Shown here: piece by piece, positions 24,681 to 37,069 of the stretch
Layout: the number at the start of each line of letters is the position of its first letter
How positions within the stretch are numbered: the first letter of the stretch is position 1
Source of the DNA: Cirrosporium novae-zelandiae
Lineage: Eukaryota
DNA length: 64,000 nt
Assembly (NCBI GenBank): GCA_026023565.1
Contig: JAPETS010000006.1
Coordinates: 434,001-498,000, forward strand
Direction: 5' to 3'
Notes under the pieces: model-generated
The model's database searches: none
What the model was told of the DNA's origin: nothing
The model's input: only the letters and a program-made list of their open reading frames with translations
Position numbers and translations under genes: made by a program

Positions 24681-26849
24681 TCAGCTCTGCTTCCGCGTCA
24701 AAATTTTCGTCTTGTTATCAAACTGGGTAACACTTTTAATAAGGAACACAAACGCTTTCTGATCACCTCCTTCAAGCCGGGGCTTAAATTTTGCCACCAT
24801 TTCTTGAATCGTGCATCCAGTATCTGGTGGAATCGATGCAATGACTTCATCAATGGTTGGAAAGTTATCTTTCTGGCTTTGTCCATGCACACCAAATACC
24901 GCTGGACTCCCAGCTCGGCTTCCGCGAGGAGTGTTTCCATTGCTTGGGCTATGACTATCGACGCGGAGTTTTATACGTTTCTTGGAACCGCCATCAGTTC
25001 CGCTGCCAAAATCGCCTTCGGAGTTAGATCCGGCGCCACGAATGCGCTTGTTATCGGGACGGGGAGCTATAGAGGAAATTTCGTTGAGTTTGTTGCCGTT
25101 GATGGGAAGTTTGTCAATTGAGGACTTACGTTGGGAAACTCCTGACCTGTCTGGGTCGGAGACATGTGGGGAACCAGGACGTTTAAGCGTCTTAGCCGGC
25201 TTTGGTTTTTTGAGGGCGTCTTTATATTTATTACGACCAGAGGGGGTGTTGTTACCTTTAGTGGAAGAACCAGAGGAGGCCTTATCACTATCTTTGCCTT
25301 TCGAATTTAACTTCTTCTCGGCTTCCTTTTTGCGTTCTTCTTCCTTGAGGCGTTCGGTTTCTGTATCATCCGAATCTTCACTCTGTGTTGAAAATCACCT
25401 AGTTAGCATCTGACGAAATGGATTTCTAATGTAACGCACCTCTTCAGAGTAGGGATTGCCATCAGAGTCATGCTCATAGTTGAAGTTCTTCTCCCGCTTC
25501 ATCAGAGCCTTTCTCACTTTCTTTCCCACCAGCTTGCTGAGAGCGTCATCCTTCTCCCGGCGTTTCTCATCTTTTTCAATGTCTTTTTCTTCCTTAAGGT
25601 CAAACACATTGGCCTGCAATCGATCACGCCTGATGCGATCCTCTGCTTGTTTCCCTTCTTCCTCGTCTCCTTCAAAGATGGGATTCTCCTCGTCGTCTGC
25701 AAACCGGTCTTCCTCGAAATCAAGATCATCAGCATCCATCTCCTCTCTTTTAACTTCGCTCGCCGCAGTCATTCCACTTGATCCTCTCTCCCATTTCCCA
25801 ATAAATAGTCCGCTCATAGCTTTTCGGTCCGCTTGCTGTTGCTTTTTAGCTTCATCTTTTTCCTTTTGATCTTTATACCATCGTGGTAACGCGGATTTTT
25901 TCTTCAACTCAGCTTCAGCTTCTTCGATGGTCATAGCCCTGAACTGGCTTTTTTGAGTGAATTTGTACCATTTCTCAGCTGGAACCAATTTGAAGGTACT
26001 CCCCTCCCGGACAAGGATGGCATAGTTTTCCGAGAGGGCTGCCTCATAGTTCCCGACCCAGATGTTCTTGTTGTCAAAGTCTTCTATGTGCCATGGAAGA
26101 GCCTCCTCGTACCGTAATTTAGATTGGGCTTTCTGGGCGTCAGTCAGGTCATTTCGATAGACTTGTTGTGTTTTCTTTTTGAATGCGTTGGGCTTCTTTT
26201 GGGTTGTGGTGGTCGCTGATGGAGCAATCTTTGCCAGGTTTGCTTGACGCTCAGCTTGCCGTGTCTCCTTGGCCGCAGCCATCATCTCCCTCTCCTTTTC
26301 GTCAAGTCCGTTCATTTCAGATTCGTCCTTGATATCTTCAGTTTTTGCTGCGCCTGGGCGCGGTGCTCGAGGGTCACGTCGATGTAATCGCACAGGCCGT
26401 GTGAACTCGGATTCGTTTCTCAGATCAACATCATGGTTTTTAGAATATAATTTGGCGACGTGGTAACGATATCCTTCAAGGAGAGAGCGCTTTGTCGTTA
26501 TGAGAGGAATGTCTTCATACGGCTCGACGGGGTTTCTGCTGAAACTACTGGAGCTGGTACTAGAGCTAGGAGCAATAGGTCCTTGTGTTGGGAGGGGGCG
26601 AGTCAGTCGGGGAGCAGGAAGACCTTGTGGTTGACTGTTCGACGATTTTAAAATGGTGTTACCAACAGGTCTTGCATTTCCGAGCGCAAGTGATGATGCT
26701 TGGGGAGGTGGTAGAGGAACTCTTGGCTTTGGTTTCTGGCGACGTAGGGGATCCGCATTTCTGGTCCGGCGAATGATTACTGGACCACCATTTGGTGTCC
26801 GTCCAGGAGGGGTCCTACCAGGAGGAGTACCAACTGGTGAGGCGCTCAT
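24681..26849 (-). CDS. TFG1: Transcription initiation factor TFIIF large subunit (RAP74/Tfg1)
   Basis: Motifs FTRPVRLHRRDPR, LRYEEALPWHIEDFDNKNIWVGNYEAALS, WYKFT..FRAMTIEEAE and FADDEE. Intron 25439-25383 (GTGCGT...GCTAAC...CAG). Exon 2 is stop-free down to the C-terminal winged-helix-like segment PTIDEVIASIP. Confidence 0.93.
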
Positions 26850-27630
26850 GATTGAAGGGTTGATAATGTCACTGGTATTGGTTGAGTCTGAGCGAAGAGT
26901 GGTAAAGATAAAAGGACAGCCTTGGGGGTCTCGGCCGTGTTCACGAACGAAAGAGATTAGAATTTCAGATGGTTCATTGCCAACACCGGATAGAGAATAG
27001 AGATATATGAAGGAGAGAAATGGTAGATGACAGTTTAAGATGGATGGTTGTTGAAGATTACTTTGTGTTTTGGGGGGGGGGGGGGTAGAAGTGAAGTGAC
27101 AAAGAAAGACAGGCTACTTGAGAATTCACTCATACTCAGTACAGCGACTGTTCTCTTGGGAATGACGCCAGAACGCGGCTAATTGGGTTTAACGAGCCAC
27201 CTATTGTATAAATAGGCGCTAAACGCGGAATGATGCACCGATGTAGGTCTTAGCCAATGAGACTCAACGACAAGTCCTTCAAGCTTTGGAGCTTGGACCG
27301 AGGACACACTTTACGATTAGACACCTAGTCGAGATAGAAATGAAAATAAAACTCGGGAAACTAGAAAATGAGCTGCATTCAAAGGTTAAGGACGACATGA
27401 TGTGAACTCATTATTAGTGAATTGAATGTAATTATACAGTCATCTAATAGAACCTTTTTGAACAACCGAAGATTTAATTATCAATCCCCCTCAATTTCCA
27501 TTCCTTCTCTATTCTTTTATAATTCAACTCTTCTCATTACTTATTCTTTCCTCGAATTTCTTGAATTGTTTTTACACCACACATTCTATTTGATCCACTT
27601 TCTCATAGATTCAACCAACCTGATGCAAAC

Positions 27631-30629
27631 ATGAACAACTCAAGAAGCACCAGACGAGAACGTCGACAACAACTCTCAACTCACCTTGTCACTTGGCCTC
27701 CCCAACCCCCCCCTAATATGGAAAGCGACGAATTCCCCTCCCTAGTAGGTACTACAAATAAGCCAACCAATACATCCAAGGTGGCCATTTCTAAACTCCT
27801 GGACAATAAACCTCAACCTGAAGGTATCGGGGCTGCCATCACAGCTCCAAACGTCTCAGACTCAAAATCAAGTCAAATTATCATTCAAGTTCCAGCTCAT
27901 CATCCAATAGATAGCCACAGTTCTAAGAAAACACCAAACGCCAGAGGAAGCACAAAGCCTCCAGGGACTAAACTTGCTGATACAACAATTGTCGTTCCTA
28001 AATTAACAGACAATAAGATTGCTGACGTTGCTGATACAAGCAATACTAAAACTCCTACATCTTGGAAGAAGAAAAATAAGAAACGAAGAGGTAATCAAGC
28101 TGAGCGGAAGAAAATGAACGCAGAATTGCAACAAGCACTTCTGAACCCGCCATCGACCCAAAAGCTACCTGTTTTGCAACCACATCTACCTACTGAACTC
28201 AATACCAGTGGTAATTCGAAGCCCGCCCCATCACCTACTGTTCCTGATAGCTCTAGGAAAGCGCTGCTGTCACCATTTACTGAGGTTACGGCTGATAACA
28301 GAATGAAGTTCTCCAATCACGGTGACTTAAATAAGCACAAGCAGCCCGCTGTTGATTCGCTTGCGTTGACGACACTGGGACGACCTAACCTAACTCCCGC
28401 TGAGAATCATGGCCCAGGTCTTTTTGCCTACCCTTTTATGAACGGCGAGCTATCAGGAACACCTCCAACCGGCCCTCACCAGCCTTCATTCAATCCGAAC
28501 ACACATTCAGCCACTAATAACCCATCTTCCAGATATCTAGCTTATCGTGAACAATCAAGACCTAGATATATCGACCGTAGCGTTGACAGGCCAGCTCAAG
28601 TACAATATCTTCGTCATGAGATAAGTAAGTGAAGAATGTTAGATTTACTTGAGGTTTTATCCTAACTTATCTAGAAACTGTTCTCAGTATGGCTCAGGCG
28701 CCTGAAAGAGAACTGGAAATGAAGGAGCGCCTCCGACAGAGGCTGGAAAGGATTATTCTTGGAGCATTGGACAAGGCTGTTCGAGAACTGCAATCCCCGG
28801 ATGACTTTGATGTTAACGACTATTCATTAGCTTGTTATGGTAGCCTAGCTAATGGCTTTGCGAATAAAGGTGCTGATATGGACCTTGCATTGAGTGGGCC
28901 GAAACTACCGCTCCGCAAAGCCAACGGGGGGTTGTTTTCTATTATCAACGATGCTCCCAGTATCATTGAAAAACGGCTTTTGGATTTAGGCTATGGCGCT
29001 CGATTACTTGTCAAAACCAAATGCCCGATTATCCGGTTTTGCGAGAAGCCGGGGGAGGAACTGCTTGAAGCCCTTCAAAATAACCGATTTCACCGAGAAC
29101 GGCGGGATAAATCAACATCTGATCAATACACGGATAGCAAACAAAGCCCCGCCAACTATGGGGCTAAACCCCTGCTTAAAATGACTCCGAGTGCCTGGAA
29201 GGAGCTGAATTCCAAAAAGCTGGTTGAATCGATCTGCGCTGTCCAAGGCCTGGCTGTAGATTCACCTCCGAGAACACCAGTCCGATCTCCTGGGACGATT
29301 GTGAAAGGGGGGTCGCCTCTGGACATTGATTCGCCGGAAAATATCCAGAACTTCCTAGAGGCTGTCAAGGCGAGGTCCAATCGGAATCCACAGCAGCATC
29401 TACAGCATACACCACCAACAGAATCCACCAAACCTGATCCCGGGAACCAGGTTCAGCCTTCCTTGAACGACACAACATACCGACCCGAACCTTCAAAGGC
29501 TGAGCTTGAATATCCTAAGCTTGGGGTAGGAATTCAATGTGATATCAATGTGGACAATGACTTGGGCATTTATAATAGTAAATTACTTGCATGCTATTGC
29601 GAATGCGATTGTCGTGTTGGACAGCTAGGCCGTTTTATCAAAGTATGGGTTAAACAGAGAAAAATCAATTCCGCCTACGATGGGTCTCTATGCAGCTACG
29701 GATACACATTGATGGTTATTCATTTCCTGATGAATGTTGCAGACCCTCCCGTCATCCCAAATCTACAGAATATAGACCCAACTCCTCTTGGTTCCAGTTT
29801 CAGTCATTTCCAGGCTGGGGATATTCACATGCAGTTCTGGGCAGATAGACACAAGATTCGAAAGGCAGCGAGGAGAGGAACAATCACACCAAATACACAG
29901 TCTGTCGCCGATCTTCTGTGTGATTTCTTCGAGTATTACGCTCAGTTGAGTTACCGCACAATTGGTGGAGGCTTCCGTTGGACACAAGATGTCATTTCTT
30001 TGAGAACACCGGGGGGACTTTTATCAAAGCAGATGAAAGGCTGGACAGGAGCAAGAAATGACGATAAGGGCAACAGACTCCGTTATTTGTTGGCAATTGA
30101 GGATCCTTTCGAAACCTCGCATAATGTTGCCAGAACAGTTTGTCATCGAGGCATCGTCGCAATCAGGGAAGAGTTCAGGCGCGCACGGGGATTGGTCATG
30201 TTTGTGGGGAATAATCCCAAAGCTATTGGGATTTCTGGGCTATGCGTCGAGTATACGGGGGATAGAACTAACCTGCAGAGGCCAATACCAATACGGCCTT
30301 TTGTTTCCGAAGAAATTCTTCCAGCAAGAAGTAATGATGAGGCGCCGATGGCCTCTGAGCCAGCGAACCAAGCCCATATAGCTAATCAAGGAGATAACAA
30401 CCATGGATCACCGGTACTGCAGGGTGGGAGTGATATCGCTGTCGATGGGGACGATGCGGATATAGATGAAGGTGATGAGGACTGCGATGCTTGTAGCGTT
30501 TCGAGCATGGATGTTCAAACGGAGGGCGGATATCAGGACACTCCTGGGACGAGCACAGCGCCAGATGAGGGACTAAAAGGCTGGATGGAGGAACTGCCAG
30601 GCCTTGCAGATGAGAGTGCAATAGCATGA
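27631..30629 (+). CDS. Non-canonical poly(A)/poly(U) polymerase, Cid1/Cid13 (CutA-like) terminal nucleotidyltransferase
   Basis: Pol-beta NTase motif YGSLANGFANKGADMDL, third Asp in GIQCDIN, KVWVKQRKINSAYDGSLCSYGY, and PAP-associated LAIEDPFETSHNVARTV. Intron 28625-28674 (GTAAGT...CTAAC...TAG) joins the low-complexity exon 1 in frame. Confidence 0.88.
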
Positions 30630-32143
30630 GCATAAGCATGAATAAAGGCGGTTGAAGTTACTTGGTCCATAGAGGATATAGACGATGAGACCGACTGCAT
30701 TGGTTAGCTAGCATACTGGACTTGGACCTTAGAGGCATAAGATAAGAGCATAAGAGCATAACAAGAAGCATAAAATTGTAAGATATGTTCCATTCACATG
30801 TCTTGTTTTTTACGAGGGAGAAAGGATAACGAAAGATGTTTCGGATAGTTTATCTATTTTTGGTTGAGCTGCTCCTGTGATGTTGGACTCAAGGGCAAGG
30901 TAGTAAATAAGTGTGAATCTAGGTTTACATAAGATGATGCAGGGAGATTTGGGGTGACTGGGTGGGATGTGGAGTGGAGATGGGGATAGAGATGGAGCTT
31001 CTCCCAAAGAATCAAAAAAAGACACTAGATATCCAGTTTGATTCTTTTCGGGAGACGGCGACGAACCAAGGGACAGGTAGCAGGTGGGCGTGTAATTCGT
31101 GTAATTAATTAGGATATTAAGGTTTCGGTTAAAATAGTCGAGTGTGGAAGTATAGGGTTGCCTTTTCGGGAAGAGATGATATATTACATAAGACGAGGGA
31201 CAGGGAATCTGGTTGTTGATCCCCAGACTATTCCCCAAAACCCCCAATATCCCCGCTCTCTCCGACACTTGGCCCCCCGATGCCCCGGTAGCCCCGGTAT
31301 AACTTCGGTTCAGCCAAAGACTCCAACAACCAACCTCACCCCTTCCCTTTTCCAGTCATTTTTCAATTGTCATGTAACCTCTATATCTTTTCGTCCGGAT
31401 TATTCGTGAAAAAGGGTTCTTTCTCCATTTCTAAATAGCAAATCTCTTTTCTACTTTGACAAATATTTTGGACAACTGGGAAATCAAAGGACCATTGGTC
31501 CATGGCACATGAAGGAAAAGATCAGGTCAACTGTTCACAATAATCCCACAACAACTAAACTTCTAAAGGGCTATCATGGCTAATTAAAGAGTTTTTCCAG
31601 AAAGTATACGTATTCTCCCTGCACAGACCTCACGAACTCTTTCGAGATTTGGCAGCTTCCAACGATGAGGAACCATAGAGAACAGCAGGGAAAATAATCC
31701 GGAGAACCTTGAATCGCCTATGAATTCTAATTGATCCTTGGCCTATCCTTGTTAAGGTACCTAGGTACTAAAGGACTTTGGCAGAGCATATTAGCCTGGG
31801 GCTCTGAGGGGCACATCTCCTCACTCTCCCCATCTCCTGACCATACTAGACAGGGGGAGAAAGTGGAGCAGATGGGGTTCCGATGTAGAGAGGTTACCAG
31901 CGAAGAAATCTCTGATGCTCACACGTCTTTCATGGGACCAGAGCAGCATCCAGTATTGTCGGACACGGAACCGGAGAGCTCCAAGTCCTTCCGCCTTTGT
32001 GGATCATACCAATTTCTTACTGTCTACACACTACAATTCTTAAGTCCTTGTTGATTGCAATCACCAGATATACTATTATGTACTGAAGTATTGTTTGTTT
32101 TCTATCTAATCATTCAGTATTCTATAGATTTCTAATCAACAGT

Positions 32144-32185
32144 ATACGGCATATGATATACGGCATTGGATAAACGGCATTTGAT
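32144..32185. repeat. Three imperfect 14-bp direct repeats (AWACGGCATWKGAT) upstream of the GH3 gene
   Basis: atacggcatatgat atacggcattggat aaacggcatttgat, with CGG triplets at 32147, 32161 and 32175. Confidence 0.75.
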
Positions 32186-33196
32186 CCAGAGTACCGGCTC
32201 TTTAGCCCTTAGCTTGGTTATACTATGTATGAAAACGAAGATGAAATTAATCTGCTAGCTCAATTGAACCAAAATCGCTTGACAGTGACGAATGACAATT
32301 AATCCATCTCCAACTTCTGCGGATACCCCAGATCTCCCCCAACCATATACAATACAAGCCACATGCGGCAGCTTAACCGACATGTCTACCTCTCCTCACG
32401 ACAAGTCCAATATCATCCTACGAAGGTCAAAGCATTCGTCGTTCACCGGCCCCTTCAGAGTCGGGATGCTCGACAGTAGAATTCAACTACCTTGATAATT
32501 TCTTTGCAGGGGGTGATATAGAATCCACGAACTTGTAAGTTATTGTTAATCATGATCAATTGGATAACCTTCTAGTTCAACATAATGAATATTTTGGGTG
32601 CTAATGAAAGTTCCTAGTAGAGCCACACATCTCCGCAATCCTCATGACACATTCCCGCGCAATGACCATGCGGTAACCTGCGATCCTTGGTATCCTCTAG
32701 AAAGCGGACTTGATGCCGCATGCAGTGCTCTGTAGCTTCATGAGGCCTGCTATGCCCGACCTTGCTTTCCACGTTCCAAGTTTACTAACGTCATTACATT
32801 CTACAATGCCAGCTCCCTTCCGGAGGTTTAGCCGTCTTGCCGAAAGATTCTTCCACTATGGGACATGTTCTTGGGAAGTTCGCCAATATCAAAGGTAACA
32901 TGGCATTGGCCAAGGCAATCGGGAGCGACATTATGCAGTTAATGCCCACTTGAATGTCGACGGTGCAGCCACCATTCAGCTACACCTTCAAGATACGGTC
33001 TGTAAATCACACGTTATACTCATAGATCTCCAGATTACATACTTTCTTCGGCGAATGTTCGGTAATATGGGAGACACAATGGGAGATCCTGGTATAGCGG
33101 TAACAAGTATATATACCAGGCGCTGGGAGTACCTTCTTGCTTCTTCAGCCGACAGCGACAACCTCAAGGTGATCAACTAGGTCAAGCTCACTCATA

Positions 33197-35663
33197 ATGC
33201 CTTCGACAATCAAATCGGGTCTTTTGACCCTCCTCTCCGCCGGCGCCTTAACTGGCGCCGCCCCTGTCTCCAACTACTCTGCCTCCGTGATGGATGAGTG
33301 GACAACCATCCCGACCTATCCTTCCCGTGAGTCCCCTCCCTACTCCCCATTCACTTCCTGTATTCTAACATTTTTTGTGTATAGCGGAAACGGAAGGTCT
33401 TGGCGGCTGGGAGACAGCTTTGGTTCAAGCAAAGAATTTCACATCTGAACTAACTCTCCAGGAGAAGATTTTTATGGTGACCGGTGTTGATGGCCCTTGT
33501 GCCGGAAACATTCCGCCTATTTGGAGACTTGGGTTTTCTGGCCTTTGTCTTCAAGATGGCCCTCTTGCTATCCGCCAAGCGGATTATGCAAGCGCCTTTC
33601 CCGCTGGACTTTCCGCTGCGGCTTCCTGGGATCTCGACCTAATTAAGAAGCGTGGTGTCCTTATGGCTGATGAATTTAAGGGCAAAGGATCTCAAGTTGC
33701 GTTGGGCCCGGTTGCCGGTCCGCTAGGAAGAAAGCCTCTCAGTGGTCGTAACTGGGAGGGTTTCTCTCCAGACGAATACCTCACTGGAAAGGCATTTGCG
33801 GAAACAATTGTCGGGATGCAGAGCTCTGGCGTGCAAGCTTGTGGCAAGCACTTTATCGGAAATGAGCAAGAAACACAGCGAAATCCAAGCACCATTGACA
33901 ACATCACGATCGACTCTGTCTCAGCAAACATCGACGACAGAACTATGCATGAGTTATACCTCTGGCCCTTCGCCGATGGCGTCAAGGCTGGCTTGTCTTC
34001 GGTCATGTGCAGTTACAACAGAGTGAACAACACACATTCTTGCCAGAACTCCAAAATGTTGAATGGTCTACTAAAGGAGGAGCTTGGATTCCAAGGTTAT
34101 GTCATGTCCGATTGGGACGGCACCCATGCTGGTGTTGATTCTATCAACGCTGGTCTTGACATGGACCAACCCGGATTTGATGACGAGTTCTTTGGTGAAT
34201 CCATCAAGGTAGCTGTCAACAACGGCAGCATTGACGTGTCCCGTTTGAATGATATGATCAACAGAATCATGACCCCTTACTTCCTTCTCGGCCAAGATGT
34301 GGATTTCCCCAGCGTTGATCCCTCCAGCGTCCCTATGAACGGTATGTTGTCCTACAGCGGCTATGAAGAATATGCCGACACGATGATGGAATGGGGTTGG
34401 GACTTGAATGGTACCTCCAACCGCGACGTGCGCGACGACCATGCCACATTTATCCGAAAGCTCGGTGCGGAATCCGCTGTCCTCCTAAAGAACGTTGATG
34501 GAGCTCTGCCCCTTGCTAAGCCCAAGACAATTGGCGTCTTCGGAAATGGCGCCCCTGACGCGACCTGGGGGCTGTATCCTGCGAACATCATGAACAGCTA
34601 CGGGACTGTTATTGGAGCCCAAGCAATTGGTGGTGGATCTGGATCTGCCCGTCTGACCAATCTCGTCTCCCCTCTGGAAGCTATCAAGGCCAAAGGCAAG
34701 GAAGATGGTGCTTTTGTTCAATATGTCACCAACAACTCGGTCATTGAGGAGACGATGTCTTCTCTCTATCCGGTTCCCGAGGTTTGCCTGGTATTCATCA
34801 AAGCATGGGCCACTGAGGGATACGATCGTTACTCTTACGCTTTTGACAACGAGGGTGCTGAGGCTGTCACTGCTGTTGCAGGAACCTGCAATAACACCAT
34901 TGTGGTCACAACAACACCAGGACAAGTTGATATGCCTTTTGTTGACAACGAGAACGTCACTGCTATCATCGCATTCCACATGCCAGGAGAGGAAATGGGC
35001 AACAGCATGGTTGACGTTCTCTATGGTGATGTGAACCCCAGTGGACATCTTCCATACACTATTGCGAAAGATACATCCGACTATGCCAGCTCTGTTGCTA
35101 TTGTCAACCTCACCGAAAGCGAGCAGTTGGCCGGTGGCGCAGGTGTATGGGAAGATCCATTCACTGAAGCTCTATTCATTGACTACAAATACTTTGATGC
35201 GAAGAACATTACACCACAATACGCATTCGGCTACGGTCTCAGCTACACCACCTTTGAGCTCTCCGACATTGTTATTGAAGAAGAAGTCGACTCCGTATCA
35301 GCATTCCCTGATAATGCCACCGTTGTACCCGGAGGCAACCCGAACCTGTACACAACCCTCGTCCACGTCAACGCTACCCTCTCCAACACCGGTAGCGTCG
35401 CTGGTGCAACTGTCCCCCAGCTGTACCTCTACTATCCCGACTCCGCCCCCTCGGGCACTCCCGTCAAGGTTCTCCGTGGCTTTGCCAAGGCTTCCCTCGA
35501 GGCCGGAGCCAGCACCAGCGTCGAATTTGATTTGACTCGTAAGGACTTTAGTAACTGGAACGTGGCCGCTCAGGACTGGGAGATTGCCAGCGGTGAATTC
35601 ACCCTTGGTGTCGGTCTGAGCAGTGATAACATTGAAATCACCGGAACTGTTACCCTGCTTTAA
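33197..35663 (+). CDS. Secreted GH3 beta-glucosidase
   Basis: Signal peptide in exon 1 and intron 33327-33384. Motifs CLQDGPLAIR, GRNWEGFSPD, KHFIGNEQE, ELYLWPF, MCSYN, GYVMSDW (catalytic nucleophile), NPSGHLPYT and FGYGLSYT, plus a C-terminal Fn3-like domain. Confidence 0.96.
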
Positions 35664-36740
35664 ATGGTTGGTGCAGGAGTTATCTCAGTTAATTGGTTGA
35701 ACTGTGAGGGGGAGCAATGATTGTATATAAGGATTACTGTAAATATGCATGCACAAAGATAAATCTCTTGAACTGATGTTTATGAGGGTTCAAGTTCAAT
35801 AATAAAAACCTCTCCAATAATAACTACCTTTCCAAAAAATATCGTTTCGTGTTTCCTTGATCCCGTCTCTTTAATTCTCTTTGGACTCTTTGTAGCGTAT
35901 GCGAATGGAGCCTGACAATCAAGGCCGCCTGGATCTTCATTATTCCGACTTTGATGGCTTGCTGCCTTAGGCCTTCGACGAGGCAGTAGTCTAGTCTTCG
36001 GTGGCGATTAAACTTATACCGACTGTGATCCTCGCAATGCCATTCACGATGAAGGCATGGACTAGGATCGTTCAATCATTTGTACTTGGAAAAGCTGCAC
36101 TGTGGAAGGAATGGACAGAAGGATCACGACGCTACCCTATCCACACATATACATTACGTCAATCCTCAGCAGGCAGAGGGACTGGCCCACAGTCAGCACC
36201 ACTGACTACTCGAGGTGGTAGTCTTCAACCAATATTTTCTTCCTTGGTTATTCAACATAGAGTATCCTAGTTAAAAGGTTGAAAAAGGAAAGTGAGAAGA
36301 ATCAAGCAATGGAAGAAAAATGATTATCTCATTATTTTGTGGGGGTTGTAAAGGGATTTAATAAAGTAACAGAGGGACTACTTGGAGTAGAGATGCCCAA
36401 GGCAGATGCCCCGTGATCAGCAAGTGACTCAATTCGACTCAGCATCATCCCGTGGGCCCTTTTCTTCTTTTTTTTTTTTCCTTTTTTCCTTTTTTCCTTT
36501 TTTACCGCCTGTGGCCGCTCCCGCATTTGACTTATCTAAGCTAAGTATTCTATTTCCGATATCGCCCGCTCCACTTGGAACACTCAAGGCAGTTAGATGT
36601 AACTTGTAAATGTACCTAATGCAAGTCATGATCTGATAATCTGATAAAATATGATAAAAAAAAAAAGATAAAATAGATAAAGATTCAAATTCAAAAAATA
36701 AACAATCAATGACGATGATGGGTTCCAAGCCATGGAACGT

Positions 36741-36780
36741 GCATTCCTGCATTCCTGCCTTCCTGCATTCCTGCATTCCC
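36741..36780 (+). repeat. 8-bp tandem repeat (GCATTCCT)x5 containing CATTCC motifs
   Basis: gcattcctgcattcctgccttcctgcattcctgcattccc, about 290 bp upstream of the OPT ATG. Confidence 0.85.
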
Positions 36781-37069
36781 GTCCAACAATCTATGCTTGG
36801 CTTACATAGCAGCATGAAGGGCTTTATTGTTTCTTTTTCATCAATACATTCATTCCATCCTGCATACTTCTACCCCTTTACCATAGTATTCAAAAATAAT
36901 CAGCCCCGGGGCTTGGCAGGTCAACCAAGCGATCCAACAAGCGAGTCATCCATCCCTCCCATTCCCATTCAGTCACATCCAGTCCATTCGCTCCCTTCAG
37001 TGCCACCATAGCCTCGCTCCCTCCCCCCCACCTGGTTCTGATTGACTTGTGGACCTTGCCAACTCCCAC

